Part shown: in pieces, positions 11,839 to 25,500 of the stretch | Numbering within the stretch: the first letter of the stretch is position 1 | Layout: every line of letters begins with the position of its first letter | Source of the DNA: Auanema rhodensis | Lineage: Eukaryota; Animalia; Nematoda | Direction of reading: 5' to 3' | Length of the DNA stretch: 64,000 nt | NCBI GenBank assembly: GCA_964057225.1 | Contig: OZ059896.1 | Coordinates: 7,378,001-7,442,000, forward strand | The notes under the pieces: generated by a model | Told to the model about the DNA's origin: nothing | Database searches by the model: none | The model's input: only the letters and a program-made list of their open reading frames with translations | Position numbers and translations under genes: made by a program

Positions 11839-12799
11839 TAGTCAGATGCAGTCGTGTGTTTTACACGAAAACCTGCTTAGAGATGAGGTGCGCAAGCACG
11901 TTGAGAAAAACTAAGCTGTAGCCGCACAAAATGGTTAAGTTGGGCAACCCGCGTTCAGTTTACAAGAGAAAACACCCGATGGATAAGATAATAGCACAAT
12001 AATGTAATGGAGAGCGATTAGAGAAACAGAAAATTGGCGTTAAAATTAGCTTCTTCGGAGGGTTGAAGAAGAGGGGTAGACTCTTGTGTTTGTGTTAGTT
12101 TTAAAATATCTGGAATATCAGTTATCGAAATCCTGTTGTGCTCACAACAATCAATTTTGAGCTCGCTTGAAATTTCATTCAAAAGGATTTTTTAAATCTT
12201 ATCTTATGCGTGAACTATGTTATTCCTAATAGTATATTTCATTATTCAATAGGTTTCATGTTACTTCTGAATTAAGAGAAAACAATTTTACACTCTTGAA
12301 AATTCCCTTTTCCTTTCAACAGAAAACGAATACTATTTCAAGTTGTTTATGATATGTTTAAACTACATCATGGATCACTATATGAAAATACTCCTATTCT
12401 TTTTATCTTTATTAACAATGATATATAACTTGTTGAAGCATTAACACGTACTACATGTTATTTTGTGAAAATTGTTTAAAATTCATCAGGCGGACTTTTT
12501 TTGAGCATTTCTTAATGATTTTTCATCCAACATCCAGGAAGTGGAAAGCTAGCAGGACAGGGCATGGAAAGCCAAAAAAAGTCAGAAAAAAGCCAAAGCG
12601 CTTTAGTAGACGCTTCGTTGATGACCCGGTAAGGAACGTATATGCGTCCACTTTTGGCATTCCAGTTTGAGAAGTGAAAGCATCATGAGAGAACTATGGG
12701 CGAGGGTCGAGTCCTCACCGAGCGTTTTTCTATCTATTTTTTTCTCTTTTCATTGTGTCAGATTTAAATTGCGTAGGAATTCCAAACGTTTTTTTTTTC

Positions 12800-15700
12800 A
12801 GTTGGTACGAATTAAACGTGATAGATTGGAAAGCATTAATTTTTTTGTATGTTATGTTTAAGAGTTTTGCTTGCAAAAATCTCATAAAAGTTGTTGGAAA
12901 AGGCAATTCGAGGTTTGTGTACTTTTAAGCAAAGCTGAATATTTATGTCACTCATTGTATGATTCCATTTCTTGTGATATTCCTTTCTCAATTCATGATT
13001 TGTGTGAAAGATGAAAACTAAAAGGTGTAAGAAAGAGACACAGAGACTGGATTCACATGAACTACGATTGTTTCTCTCTGATCTGTGACTACATAGCATT
13101 CATGCCTTTTCCTTAAGGAAGTTCTTTGCAAAAGCTGCTATATTGATAAATTCATGATTAAGATCGTAACGCGTCAAAAATCTCTGGACCAATAAAAAAA
13201 GAAACTTAGAATGTCATTCTAAAAGGAAGTGCGTGCACGAAATAATATTACGTTACATAATAAGTCTGGCATAGTTCCATATAAAAAAGTTGAAAAAAAA
13301 GTAAAAATATAGGTGAAAGCTTTAATAAACTGCCATTTATGCTAGCTGAACGGGTTATCGTCAGATGGAAATAGTGTTGCCCTTTGTTGATGGATGTATG
13401 ATACATACATATGCTGTATAGCATTTGTTCTTTTCTTGTCCATATTAAAGCATAATCAGGTTAAATGACACACTTGCTATAAGAATTTCTTATAAAAATA
13501 TAAAGATATCTAGATATTTTCTTATTCAAATAGAAGTTCTTAGAATTTCATTAAGTTTATTGATATATTGTAGTTCATAATGGTCTTGGAACTGACAGTT
13601 ATAGTATGCGTCAATGAAAGTTCCACCCAAGTATCAAAAATAAAAAAAAAGAAATACAGAAGTATTAAACAAGCTGGAGAAAGCTCTGTATTGAAAATTC
13701 AATATGGTTATAATAAAGGAAGTAAATATGGTGATTGTAATGATCCTTCATATCAAATTTTTCCCGTTTTGCCCTTTTACTTTCGATCTTCATGAATTGG
13801 TGAGCGGTTATGTAATGTAATATTGGTGGAATGTGACGTATTATATATATATGAAATAGACAATACTCTTTAAAGTTTCACAGATGCCTCTTGTGTGTAT
13901 GAAAAAGTTCGAAGATAACTATAGGAAATAAAAACATTTTGCTATAAAATGAATAAGATTCTGAAAGACGTGGGGGAAAAGGAATTTGAACCAACAATAA
14001 CAATCTGTAATCCTTGTATTCTATTTCAAAAAATTCAAATATTGTTTCACTTGGAATAGGCAATTTTTGAAGCTTTCTATTTTGTTTTCAAACTAATGTG
14101 AGAAATAACAAACTAGAAATTATTTCTTACGTCAAGCTAACACACGTAAAAACATTTATCATCTTTTTCTTGATTTAATTAATTATTATCTTAAAACTGT
14201 TTAAAATTAATCCCTTTTATACGTCATACCATACGTTGATGTCCTTTCTTTTCCTGATTAATGTTAAATGATCATGTGCTATATGATAAACTATTTTTTG
14301 CTTTTAAATTAATTATTTTTTCTAATGAATAAAAGAAATTGAAACAAAAATTTTCTAACTTCCAAGAGAAATGGAAGGCTATTTCTAGTCATTCGTTTTT
14401 CTTTGAAGCAGCGTAATTGTAGCCATGGCAGTAGGGATTTAAAAAAGTTTCAGAATAGATAAGAGAAAATGAGGAGTTTTTTTATTGAGACCTTCAACTG
14501 GTCAAAGACTAACATTTTGAACATTTTTATGTTCTTATACAGTTTTTGGTGCTCATACTGCTTATCATTCACTGCCTTTTGTTCCACTTGAGATAGACAC
14601 AACTTACTTTATGTCTGGCAAAAGAAGAAAAACTAAATTTGTAATCCATTCTGTGGCAATGTGACCATTTTTATCGAACAAAAACTTTGAGAACAGTAAG
14701 GATTCAAAAGTAAGTATCAGCTTCTTGAATTCTTTAACGACACTAAAACTTAGTTGAATCGAAATCATGAACTAATGAGAAGCCGTTTACGATTTGTTGA
14801 CGGTCACAAAAGCTTTTCTCGACCACAATCAAACATCACGTTCGAAACTGGTAATTAATTGGCAAACACACAATTTGAGATTTACCTTCTTCCATTTGTT
14901 TAGCAGAAATCTTTAAAGTTTGTTATCTTTGATTGAAAATAAGAGGGAGTAAATGAGAAAAGGAGGGAACGAAAGAGAGAGTGAGGAAGGGAGAACAGAG
15001 ATGTTTTAAATACTTTTATGTTCAAATACATATTCAACTTCTTGATTGCCACTAAAACAAGAACAAAATTACTCACAGTTCTGATAACTTCTATTTTATC
15101 ATAAAAAAAAGCAGATTGTGAAATAACTTTGCAAATGTGAATGTCTTTTAACTTTGAATCTTGCGAGGGAATAATCAATCGGCTGGATTTTTGTTGAAAT
15201 CAAACCGGATTTTTCTGTCACTAAAAAGGATGCAATATTTCAAAACAATTTGTATGAACAATTATCTCAAAATAATCATTTACATTCATATTTCATAAAA
15301 CATCAGTATAAATGGACAAATGTGACGTGGAATGGCTTAGCACATCATTTGCCGTTCAATCGAAAATTCAAACTAATACAAAATACATGGAAACGTGAAA
15401 CCTAATAAAATCAATTTTCCATTTTTTTTTCAAAAATTTCAAATATAGTTTTCTCAACTTATACAAGTATAGTTGAATCAAAATAGTTTTAGTACAAAAC
15501 TTTTGAAAATAATAATTATTGGGGGGTAAAAGGAGAAAGAAAGTTAAACTATTTAACTAAATGTTTACTATTAAAAATAAAGCTTATATTCTCAATATCA
15601 TCTTATTCGACTATTATTGTTTTCTCTTATGACATGTTTAACAGCTTAAAAACTTATTTTTATTGCTTATTCATTAATAACTATATAAAACTAATGATAT

Positions 15701-17950
15701 GAAACCTCAATTTTATATGCTTACTTTACCAAAAATACTGAATTAATTGTACAGTTGTGATTAGAAAACAATATATTTTCTGAAGTAAAATGTATTGTAT
15801 GACTCAATCATATACATAATTTAGGGTACTGGTACACTTAATTCACCTCAGAACGATTAAAACCAAGTTTGTTTCACAGAAAACTATGAAAGAGATATGA
15901 TTTATATCAATCTACACTTGAAAGTTATATTAAAAATTAATTTATTCATCACTTTCTATTTCTAAATTTGATATTATTTGTTCTTGAATGACCGGAAGAA
16001 AATACACATGTCTTTGACATAATATTGATAACATAATCTGCTTTCAAGTAAAATATTAAATGTATTTCTTTATCTAACAAAAAATATTTTATAAATAGAC
16101 ATTTATTTTAGGAGCAAATGTTCTTTGTTGATCTTTGAATCATTTTCATTTCATACTACAACTTCAATTGTATTTAAATTTCATTCAGTTACATTTTTTT
16201 TTCAAATATAAACTTTGATTTTAACATATAAACTTTTCTTTAATTGAGAACATTTTCTTTAATTCAAAAATAGTATTATGGAAAGTGTGAAGCACCTTTT
16301 CGCCCAAACACGATTTTCTTCATTTTTCGGTCATTTACATGCTCTCTAAAAGCATAAATATGATAAAATATAAAATATTAGCTAACAGAAAACACGTCAT
16401 TTTTGAAAATCTTCAATTTTAGGCTCTTTTCACAGAAAACTGGCAAAAATCGGCGCCAGATTATTTCCCACAATTCCATCTTCTTTTTTTCATTTTTCTA
16501 CATTTTTTGATGCTATAAATGACTATTCTCAGCCTTCAAAAAGACCTGAAAGCTCTAACCAATCTTGACCTCGAATAGCTTGTGAAGGAGTTAAAAATAC
16601 AACACTTCCGTGGTGCTTTCAAGCTTGACACTCTCCCAGATAAGATACTATCAAGAAAAGTTAGAATTGTCAATCTTGACTCTAGTGATAATGAGGGTAC
16701 TCATTGAGTTTGCTGTTAAAAGAAACAAGGAAAAAGTTGTTAGTTCGATTCTTTCGGATGAGATCCACCTGAAGAAATTGTCAATTTTCTCAAACATAAA
16801 GGTGAAGGAGACAACATAATTGAATGCTCAACATTTCAAATACAAGAATTAAGTACACATAATTGTGGTTATTACTGACTTCTAGTTTTGAAAATGTTTG
16901 AAACTTCTGATTTTCAAAAAGTTGTGTTATCTTTAATTTAACTTTTAGTGAATATTAGTATTAAATTGTATGTGAGAAACTGAATTTGTAGTATGAGTAA
17001 AATATTGATGAATGTATTATGTATAGAGATAGATAACAATAAGGAAATTATAACAAAACTGTTTCTCTTTGAACTTTTTGAACAAATTGTTGGAGTTTTT
17101 TCTGGAGTCGCATTTTGTCATAGAATTGTCTGTGATTTGAGCTTATTCAGTTGTTCCGCCACTAAAGCAAATAAAACTTGGCTTTTGCTAGTTGATCGCA
17201 TGCTGATGCCACTGGCGGAATGCATCAACAAAAGCTTTTTTTACTCATATTTATCAATGCATCAGTTTTTCTCGGTTCTTGTCTGTACTTTCTTTCTAGT
17301 AAAACTGTTTGCGCGGCAACATTTATTACATACGATTTTCTTAAGTCTTAATTGCTCTGTTAAATATATTTTCAAATTACCTTTTTTTATTTGAAAAGTT
17401 ACCATGTTCGGTACTAAAAGAAGTGAATAAAATGCGATATTTCCATATTTCATTAAACTTGTTTAACCAGCTTAATTATGCAGAAGACTATTTTTTTATA
17501 TGTGAATCTTTTTTTTAAAGATTTAATGTTCTTCATAATGTTTTGAGTGTAACTCTGATAATATTTGTGTACCAGTGCAACTTATTTCCAGTTGATGGGC
17601 AGCTGTGACTTAAAATAAAATAAATTTGATTTAATTTATTATGATCAATCTTTTTTGTTATTTTTTTGTCGTATTATTTGTTTATTTTTTCAATCTCTCA
17701 TTTTTACATTGGCCATCAATACAACATCATTTGAAATAAAACTTTTTTTTTATTTTATTTTAGTGCTTTATCAATGTGTTTTTGATCTTTTTTGATCTTC
17801 ACTTTTCTGCCTCCAAGTTAAGAATAGATGTTTATAACAACTTAAATAAACATATCTTAACTTTTTTTCCAACATTTTAATATTTGAAATGCAATTGAAG
17901 ACATTCACATAAATTTATGTCATTTTTGTAACTGTTTGAGATTCTCAGAA
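12800..17950. mobile_element. Putative heavily eroded Maverick/Polinton-like relic (limits unknown)
   Basis: A ~5 kb gap in an otherwise compact region, with intron-less broken ORF fragments on both strands. Only the protease at 16519-16941 is identifiable, and no TIRs were recognised. Confidence 0.35.
16519..16941 (+). pseudogene. Decayed adenain-type (peptidase C5-like) cysteine protease of a Maverick/Polinton-like element
   Basis: One intron-less frame with six internal stops and no frameshift: MTILSLQKDLKALTNLDLE*LVKELKIQHFRGAFKLDTLPDKILSRKVRIVNLDSSDNEGTH*VCC*KKQGKSC*FDSFG*DPPEEIVNFLKH...STFQIQELSTHNCGYY*LLVLKMF. This carries the His (GTH[W]), Asp (FDSFG), Gln (QIQ) and Cys (CG) motifs of Polinton/adenovirus proteases. 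Confidence 0.85.
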
Positions 17951-18076
17951 CATAAAATATAAATGTTTGAATAGTTACAATATGTTATTCTTGATGTTGA
18001 GGTATTGTATATCATTTCATTCCTTATGCTCGTTTCGGTTGTATAATCTTCTTTTTACACAAAAAATTATTTCAGA

Positions 18077-19596
18077 ATGCATCTAGTAGGTTGTCTTACC
18101 TTACTTAGTCTCTTAGCTATAACCAATGCTGATGTGAAATTCATTATTGCTATATGGCGTCACGGAGATCGAGCTCCAGATTCGAAACCTTATCCTAACG
18201 ATGTATATAATATAAGTGCGTGGCCTCGTGGTTGGAATCAGTTAACAAATGTAATTTACTTCAATTTTCTGGTATTTGAATTTTAATTGAATTTAGATTG
18301 GTATTCAACAAACCTACGAACTTGGTCAATGGTTCAAAGAAAAATATATTGAACAAGAAAAATTATTGCCAAGCAATTTCGATTACAAAAAGGTTTATAG
18401 TGAATCAGAAAAATTTATATTACATTATGTTTCAGGTGTTTTATCGTAGTTCTGATTCTGAGAGAGCTATACAAAGTGCTCACTCTCATGCTGCTGGTAT
18501 GTTCCCCGCGAAAGATTCTTCTATGTGGACTTCAACAACCAACTTGGCCGCATGGCAACCCATTCCAGTACATACTAATGGACCAGAAAATCAAGACCCA
18601 GTATGAATGGATATATGTTTACACGAAATAATTGTGTTCAATTTAGCTTCTCAGGCCGACATCATACACTTGTCCATCTTATTCAAAACTGATTCTAAGT
18701 TCAAATACACCATTCTTGAAAACATTAGGTGAAGAATATAAAGATTTGTTTATCAAATTATCAAATTATACCGGTATGACTGTTACTATAGAGAATGTTA
18801 AGCAGTTATTTGACATAACTCGAGAGGTAAGCAAGCTATCAAGCAGTCTCAGTTTTTGGTTGTTTTTCATAGATGGCTCATGGCTTAAAGCAACCAGATT
18901 GGATCAATGAACTCTGGAATGGTACCAAAATTATTGATAACATTAAAGAATTGAAACGAATCACACGAACCTCTGAATTCAATTCTGAAGAAAAATCGCG
19001 TTATCGAGCCGGATATTTATTAAATGATTGGTCCCAGCAGCTTGAAAATGCGTCCAAAAATGCTTCTGAAAGATTAGCAACCTTATATTCCTCGGTATTT
19101 TTTAAAATTTTCATTAAAATTAAAAATTTCAAATACAGCATGATGGTACTTTGTCGGCTTTGACATACTTGATGGGGATTAATGACGACAACTTAGTACC
19201 GTATGCTGCTGCTGTAGTTGCAGAACTTCACCAAAATAATACTGTGAGAGTAAGTAAACTTTTTGAATGTTATTCAGTTAATATGTCAATATGCTAACTA
19301 TATAAAATTGATGTAACAAAACATTATTGTAGATACTGTATCGAACAAGCAACGTTAACGTAACAGTTTTAAAAATCGAAGGATGTGATGAATTTTGTCC
19401 AATAGATTCATTTTTGTCAAAAATGGAGCCCAGACGGATACGAACAGTACAAAATTTAGATCAGGTAAAACATGTTGATACAAGTATTATATAAACTAAT
19501 TAAAACAATATTTAGACGTGCAGTGGAGTTTCGGGGTCAATTTTATATCCAATATTTATGATAAGCTCATTATACAAGCTTTTCAATTTCGTATAA
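18077..19596 (+). CDS. Secreted or GPI-anchored histidine acid phosphatase (pho/acp family)
   Basis: TTTCAG acceptor before the ATG, a signal peptide, RHGDRAP, WPRGWNQLT, YRSSDSERAIQSA, WQPIPVHT, YSSHDGTL and PYAAAVVAEL. The C-terminus is hydrophobic (SGSILYPIFMISSLYKLFNFV*). Confidence 0.93.
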
Positions 19597-19702
19597 GACA
19601 GAGTAAAGTTAAACTTTTCAACTTTATATGTATAAAATAATAATAAACATTTTTTGTTCATAATTGTCTTGCCATTAAAGGTTTTGATATTTGTTTCATA
19701 AC

Positions 19703-22056
19703 TTAATGTTCTCCAATATGTGGATTCCATTGATCTGTTCCTAGGATGGTACTGCAGATTCCTAGGTGTTCAACTGCGCAACTAAATCAGGTAATTGTGA
19801 GTTCATTCACTTATGAATTTGAAAAAAAAACATACGGCTCTGTTTCCCAATAACTCTTTTGTTTTTGTTTTTTATGTAGTACACATGGATGATCACTTAA
19901 AAGCATTTTGGATAGTTAACGGTATTAAGCGTTATCAACGTACAGGGTTGAATTAGCCGAAAAGTATTGAAATCGTGGCATATATCCATATTGAAGAGCC
20001 TGCGAAGGAATAACATCAGGGTAAGTTGTCAAAGCCTTCGTATCGCGGAATTGATACGCCCAGTAATGGCGTGGTGGTGTTGTCGCCGCTCGTCTCAATC
20101 CAATCCAAACTTCACCCAACTGTTGTTTTTTCATAAAATCTGTAAATTGTATATTAGTGAAGTATTAGAATTAATTTTATACCGTCAATCCTGTCCACAT
20201 CTCTGATACTTTCAATATTAAGAACTTGATAAGTTTCCCCGCACTCTTTCACCGTATCTACAAACGACAATTTGCGATTAGATACCTAAAGGAAAAATAA
20301 AGAAATCGAATTATTCTAGGGATATATACGAAAATGCATCTTATTCTATTGTAACTATATCGAAGACGATGTTCGCCTTTTGGACATACGCGTTCTTTTT
20401 CGTAAAATTGAGTAGGATCAAGACCTACATAAATAAATTTAAAGATTTAAAAGACAAGAATTTACTACCAATAGCACAAGCTACTTGAGCCTGAACATAT
20501 GATTCCAAATGGGTATATTTCGGAACTGTAGTATTGTTTCTATAATAAAAAAGAATAATTGAAAATTGAGCCTTTTAAACTACTTGTGTAAGTAGAAAGC
20601 TGAAGATTCTATGAGAGTTCTCTTATTATCTTTGAAGTAGTATGGGAAATAGTGCTAAGTATCTTATTCAAAAGTTTTCACGATTACTAGTTTACCGTAG
20701 CTAACACTGTGCGATTCTTAGAGAACTGTAGGACATTCACAGATTTACTTTTCCCCACCATTTCATATCTAGTGGTGAAAGGAAGTAAAACAAAAATTTC
20801 TTCATCTTGACGCTTCTAAAAACCATAAAATGCCAGTTTACATAATAGGACAACAAGAAGTTATTTGAACCTTTTTCATTTTTTTTAAAATGCCATCCAA
20901 CGCGTTAACGTGATCCATACTTGGATATAGAGCATTTTGTGCGTCTTCATGTATAGTCTAAGATGTACCAAATAAAATAAAAGAAAAGCAAAAATCACAT
21001 GAGTAATACCTTGCATATTTCATTATCATTCTTCTTCATATCCACATAACTATACCGTCGCATGCTAAGGAAGAAGCAATGTCCGTTTTCAAAAGTTGTC
21101 TTCATATGTGCCACTTCTTCTAGCAGAGAGCACAAATTTGAATAGTCTTGAAGATATCACTTAATTGAAGACTTTTTATAAAATATTTACATAGAGCTGT
21201 CTTTTTAGGCGGCTTCTCAGATGAACATAGCATGCCTGTGCTATTAGTGATTTTTTCGATCGCTCCGCGCATACTTATTCGATCAGTATATCCACGTAGT
21301 CCTACCTTAATTCGGTTCTGAGATTTTTCTAAAAATGTAAACCGTATTTTTTTGTTGAAAAGAAGAATAATTCAGTTTTTCACCTTGTTTCTCCGAATAT
21401 TGCGGCTCGAGGTTGAGATGCATACCCGCACGAACAGCATAAGTTTTAGGTTGATTACGCATAGCTTAATATTATGTATGAGACTGCGTCCATGCTTAAG
21501 AAATTATATATACATACCTGCAAGCCATCTAGCAATAGTGATCGAATTAAGATTTGCAGTTTTATATCCGCTCGGACAACTGTTTTTTTCCTTAATAATA
21601 TATTTCATATATAAAATATTTTTTTAAATTTACTGAAAACATGTAACAGTTTCCTCCAAGTGGAACTTCTATAGCCTTATGGCATTCATAGTAAGGACCT
21701 TTGATAGAACGATAAGAGGATATAAAATATAACGACTTACTTATAATACATTCTAGTGTATCAGCTGATGTATATTTTGCAGAAGTTACAGTAAACGGTG
21801 ATAAACTTTCACATATTTTATGTGAATCCAATTTAGATTTCATAAATGGAATAACTATTTTACATACTTGGTCCCCCTGAGATGACTACATTTTTTACGA
21901 AGTGCAAAAATTCAAGCTTACGTTTTGATTTAGACTAAAGTAATATTTTTTGTATTCATCTTTAGCAAATCTACGACAAAAATGTTCAAAAAATAACTCT
22001 CCGGACACAATTGAACATATTAACAAAAAGTTGAAAAGGCAGAATATACTTAACAT
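19703..22056 (-). CDS. Secreted multi-domain C-type lectin-like protein (clec family)
   Basis: Signal peptide MLSIFCLFNFLLICSIVSG, an N-terminal Cys domain (FEHFCRRF...GDQVCKIVIPF...ICESLSPF), and CTLD-like motifs GGNCYMFS, FENGHCFFLS, GEVWIGLRR and YWETEP/CAVEHLGICS. There are many micro-introns. Confidence 0.72.
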
Positions 22057-22455
22057 ATATACATTGAGTTGTATTCATAATCTCAGAAAACCGACCTGCT
22101 CTTGTTCATTTTTAAATAGAAACAAAGAAAACACGTGAAAAGCGTGAATAAATTATCATGTTTTATAGTTACTGTTTCAATTGAAAATTAAAGTCAAATT
22201 ATTTTATTTTTCAAAAACTGAACTGATTATTTCTTTAAAGATATAATAAAATATTATCATATTTTTAGATTATAATCACAAATCCTTTTATAAATCCACA
22301 AGTTTGGATTCTCGTGTACTTGTTTAATAGTTAACCTGAATATCTTTACATTACAATTTTTTATTTTCTCATACACATACCTATAGATATGATTTCTCAA
22401 AAACTGGGCCCTTATATGGCTGTTTTATTTGGACACGTAATTTCACGGACAGCCT

Positions 22456-22478
22456 GGCGCGAAATTGAACAGTTTGAA
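22456..22478. promoter_or_regulatory. E2F (GGCGCGAAA) plus CHR-like (TTTGAA) DREAM-type promoter element upstream of separase
   Basis: GGCGCGAAA at 22456-22464 and TTTGAA at ~22473-22478, about 90 bp upstream of the ATG of a cell-cycle gene. Confidence 0.6.
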
Positions 22479-22555
22479 TTTGCAACCTAATCATTGAGCG
22501 TTTCAAAAAAGTTTATCTTGTATTTCTTAATAGTTTTGTAGATTTCTAGTATAAT

Positions 22556-25500
22556 ATGAGTAACTTACAAAAAATAAAAGAAAGTGTAAATAGTGTATAC
22601 ACCGCTTTACTAAAATATGAAGCAGCGTTGTCATCAGTTCAGGAACAGGCAAGTATAAGTTGTATCATAATTCTCATTCAAAAACTTCAGATTGGAGATT
22701 TAATAGAAGATCAACTTAAAGTGAAACAGGCAAAACATGCTGCGAAAACCAGCTCGGTAAATAGCTTTCATATGAAGTATGAGAGAGCATATAATCATAC
22801 TTCAGGATGATATGAAAAAGTTAGAAGGAGAGCAATCTAAGGAACTCGTGGAGGGATTCAAAAAAATTATAGATGAAAGTAGGACTGCTTCCTTTAAAGA
22901 ACTTTTGGTTGTTTTTTTCACATTTTTTGCAGTAACGAATTGATTTCAGAGATGTTATAAATATTGGAGTCGACAATTAATGCCTTTGATAAAGAAAATA
23001 GGGTATTCTACTTTTCTGAAACTTGATCTCAGTGTTCAGGATCTGCTATGTAAACTTAGCTCTCTTTTATTGTTACATGGTGATGTAATATTTAATATAG
23101 CTATTTGTTTTTTAAATTATATTTTCAGTATTATAAAGCCATAGACTGTTTATATGATCTGGTTGTATTATATCCATCATACACCGATGGACGTTCAGCA
23201 CTGATTCGCTGGTTAATGTATCTAGGTTCAATATATTATATTTCTATGTTACTTTGCATGTTTATAGGAGAATGGGAGTTGTTAGAGGAAATTCAAGCTA
23301 ATGAAAAAAAAATAGTCAGTAAAGTAAAACATGGGGCCACCGACTCAAGAATTGCTAATTTAATAGATATAAGTGAAGAATTTTTAGATTTTAACAGGAA
23401 AGAACCTTCTAGGGTAAGTTATGCTAATTAACATATTTGGATATCTTTTTTCTAGGCTAAGCATGCCGAAGAATTACTATGTTTCCGAGACCAAGCGGCT
23501 AAAGTAGTTAGCAATAATACTTTCCAGTGTACCGAATTTTATGCGGTTACACATTATGTTTGCGCCTTCTTGTCCAGAGTTCCGAAATTCGTTGAGGTTT
23601 TTTTTTATGATTTACAAGTATTAATTTATCTGCTGTAGAATACTCCTGATCCCTTGCATTTATTACAATTGTCGTATTACAAGTATGAGACAATTATGAG
23701 AAATAGAGTTCCTGGCCTTGCTAAAGATCAGTGTCGAATCGGTATGGTACGACTTTGTTCATGTCCAAAAAAGGGATGTAAGTTTTTTTCAGTAGTTTTA
23801 GCTATTTTAAATTGTTATATTATTAAGTTGAAGCCATTCTGAGCATATCGGAATGTTTAGACGTTCTGCGAGACTGTGTTTTAGAATTTTACAACTGTGG
23901 ACTGCTGAAGGAGGCATTCGGAATGTCTTCTCAAGGTTTTAAATATGCCGTAAAACTGGGAATACTATTCCGGTTAATATGAGTTTTCATTTCTGACTAT
24001 ATTCTGTGGTTTTAGTGTACAACAGTTTTTGAATCTTATGCTGTTGGTGCAGGGTAATATTCAATCAAAAGATTTTACTGGCTTTGGGTTAATCATTTCC
24101 CATAATCTTACTACACTATACAATGTAAGAATTATATATATATTTCTTACATTATGTAATAAATGTTTTTTGCAGCCTTACAAACCTCTGCGATGCCATA
24201 CACCTTTATTCAATTGTCTACCTTCCCCTGGTATACTCACTCCTAAAAATACCAATTCTGTTGCTTCTAAATTACTAACAGAGTTCAGTGAAATCAAAAT
24301 AACAGAGTAAGAATGAATTTCTATTTTGAAAAACATTTTAATAACTCAGAACTCCTGTTGAAACTCCGAAACCCAAGCCCTTCCATAAAATTGATAAAAA
24401 GTGTGAATGTGAATTATGTATTTGCTACATGAACAACTATCAAGTAGCAATGGAATATCATGTCTCCTGTTTTCAAAATGAACTATATAATACGAAACCA
24501 ATTGTAAGAATTGCTACTTTATCATTCCATATTTTTTATAAATACTGCTCAGGAATGTATAGAATCAATTACGAAGGGGTTTTCAACACTACGTGAACGT
24601 GTTATAGCCGAGCAAATAAAACCTATGGAAAAGAAAGGAAGACCAGTAAGTTTCAATATTGGGGTAGCAATGTCGGCTTTTCTCAGAGACCTCCTATCGT
24701 AATGAGTGAAGCGTATATTATGTCTATCGTGAAATGGCTTCGAAATCTAGAGCTCTCAGGCAAACCGCATAAAAAAGAAACTAAATTAGCATCACTTCGT
24801 GATTCTATACTCCAAAATGCCCAGAAGGTGATTTGAATATTTTTTACTTTTTCAAGCTTTCGTTTTAGGTAGCTTCATACTCCTCTATTCGATTTATTGG
24901 TTATACCTTGGCTTTGCGTCATTTCGCCCGTTTGGATCAACTTGAGACTTTGCCAGATGTGAAGTATACTTGGATGGTGCCTTCAAGCGAAGCACAACGA
25001 AGAGCTGGTGTATGTCAACTATTAAAAAATGCTCTTTTTGGAAAACCTGTTGGTTTTTCCAAAACATATTAAATATTATGGATGTTTGCAGGTTGAACAA
25101 GAGACTGATGAAAAACCCAAAACTGAGTCTGACAATGCTGCCTTTGTTCCTCATATCATTTTCAAGCCTGGTGATAAACTCAATAAAGCTTTGAACGAGG
25201 CCCAGAAAGATTATTATGACTATGGACATCTTTTATATAGGTTTTATTTCTGTTTTTTTAAAACTCAATTTTACTGTAAGTTCTATTTAGAGAATGGAGA
25301 TATCCAGTTACGACATTTATTGCTGGCTACACCGATAGCAAATTTCGATCAGCTATGATGTGGTCTGAGTCCACAGTCATGACTAGTAGGTTCGAGAAAA
25401 TTATAAATTCTTACTTTTCATTGTATATTGTAATTAGGTCGATTGCAAGAATGATATCAGGAAAGATGACCGGTGTTACATTCGGTAGTAGTTCCATGTT

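Noticed and set aside
16519-16941. Alternative genetic code or stop read-through in the protease frame
   Set aside because: All three stop codons occur, mostly at Trp/Tyr/Cys positions one substitution from a stop. This is the pattern of neutral decay.
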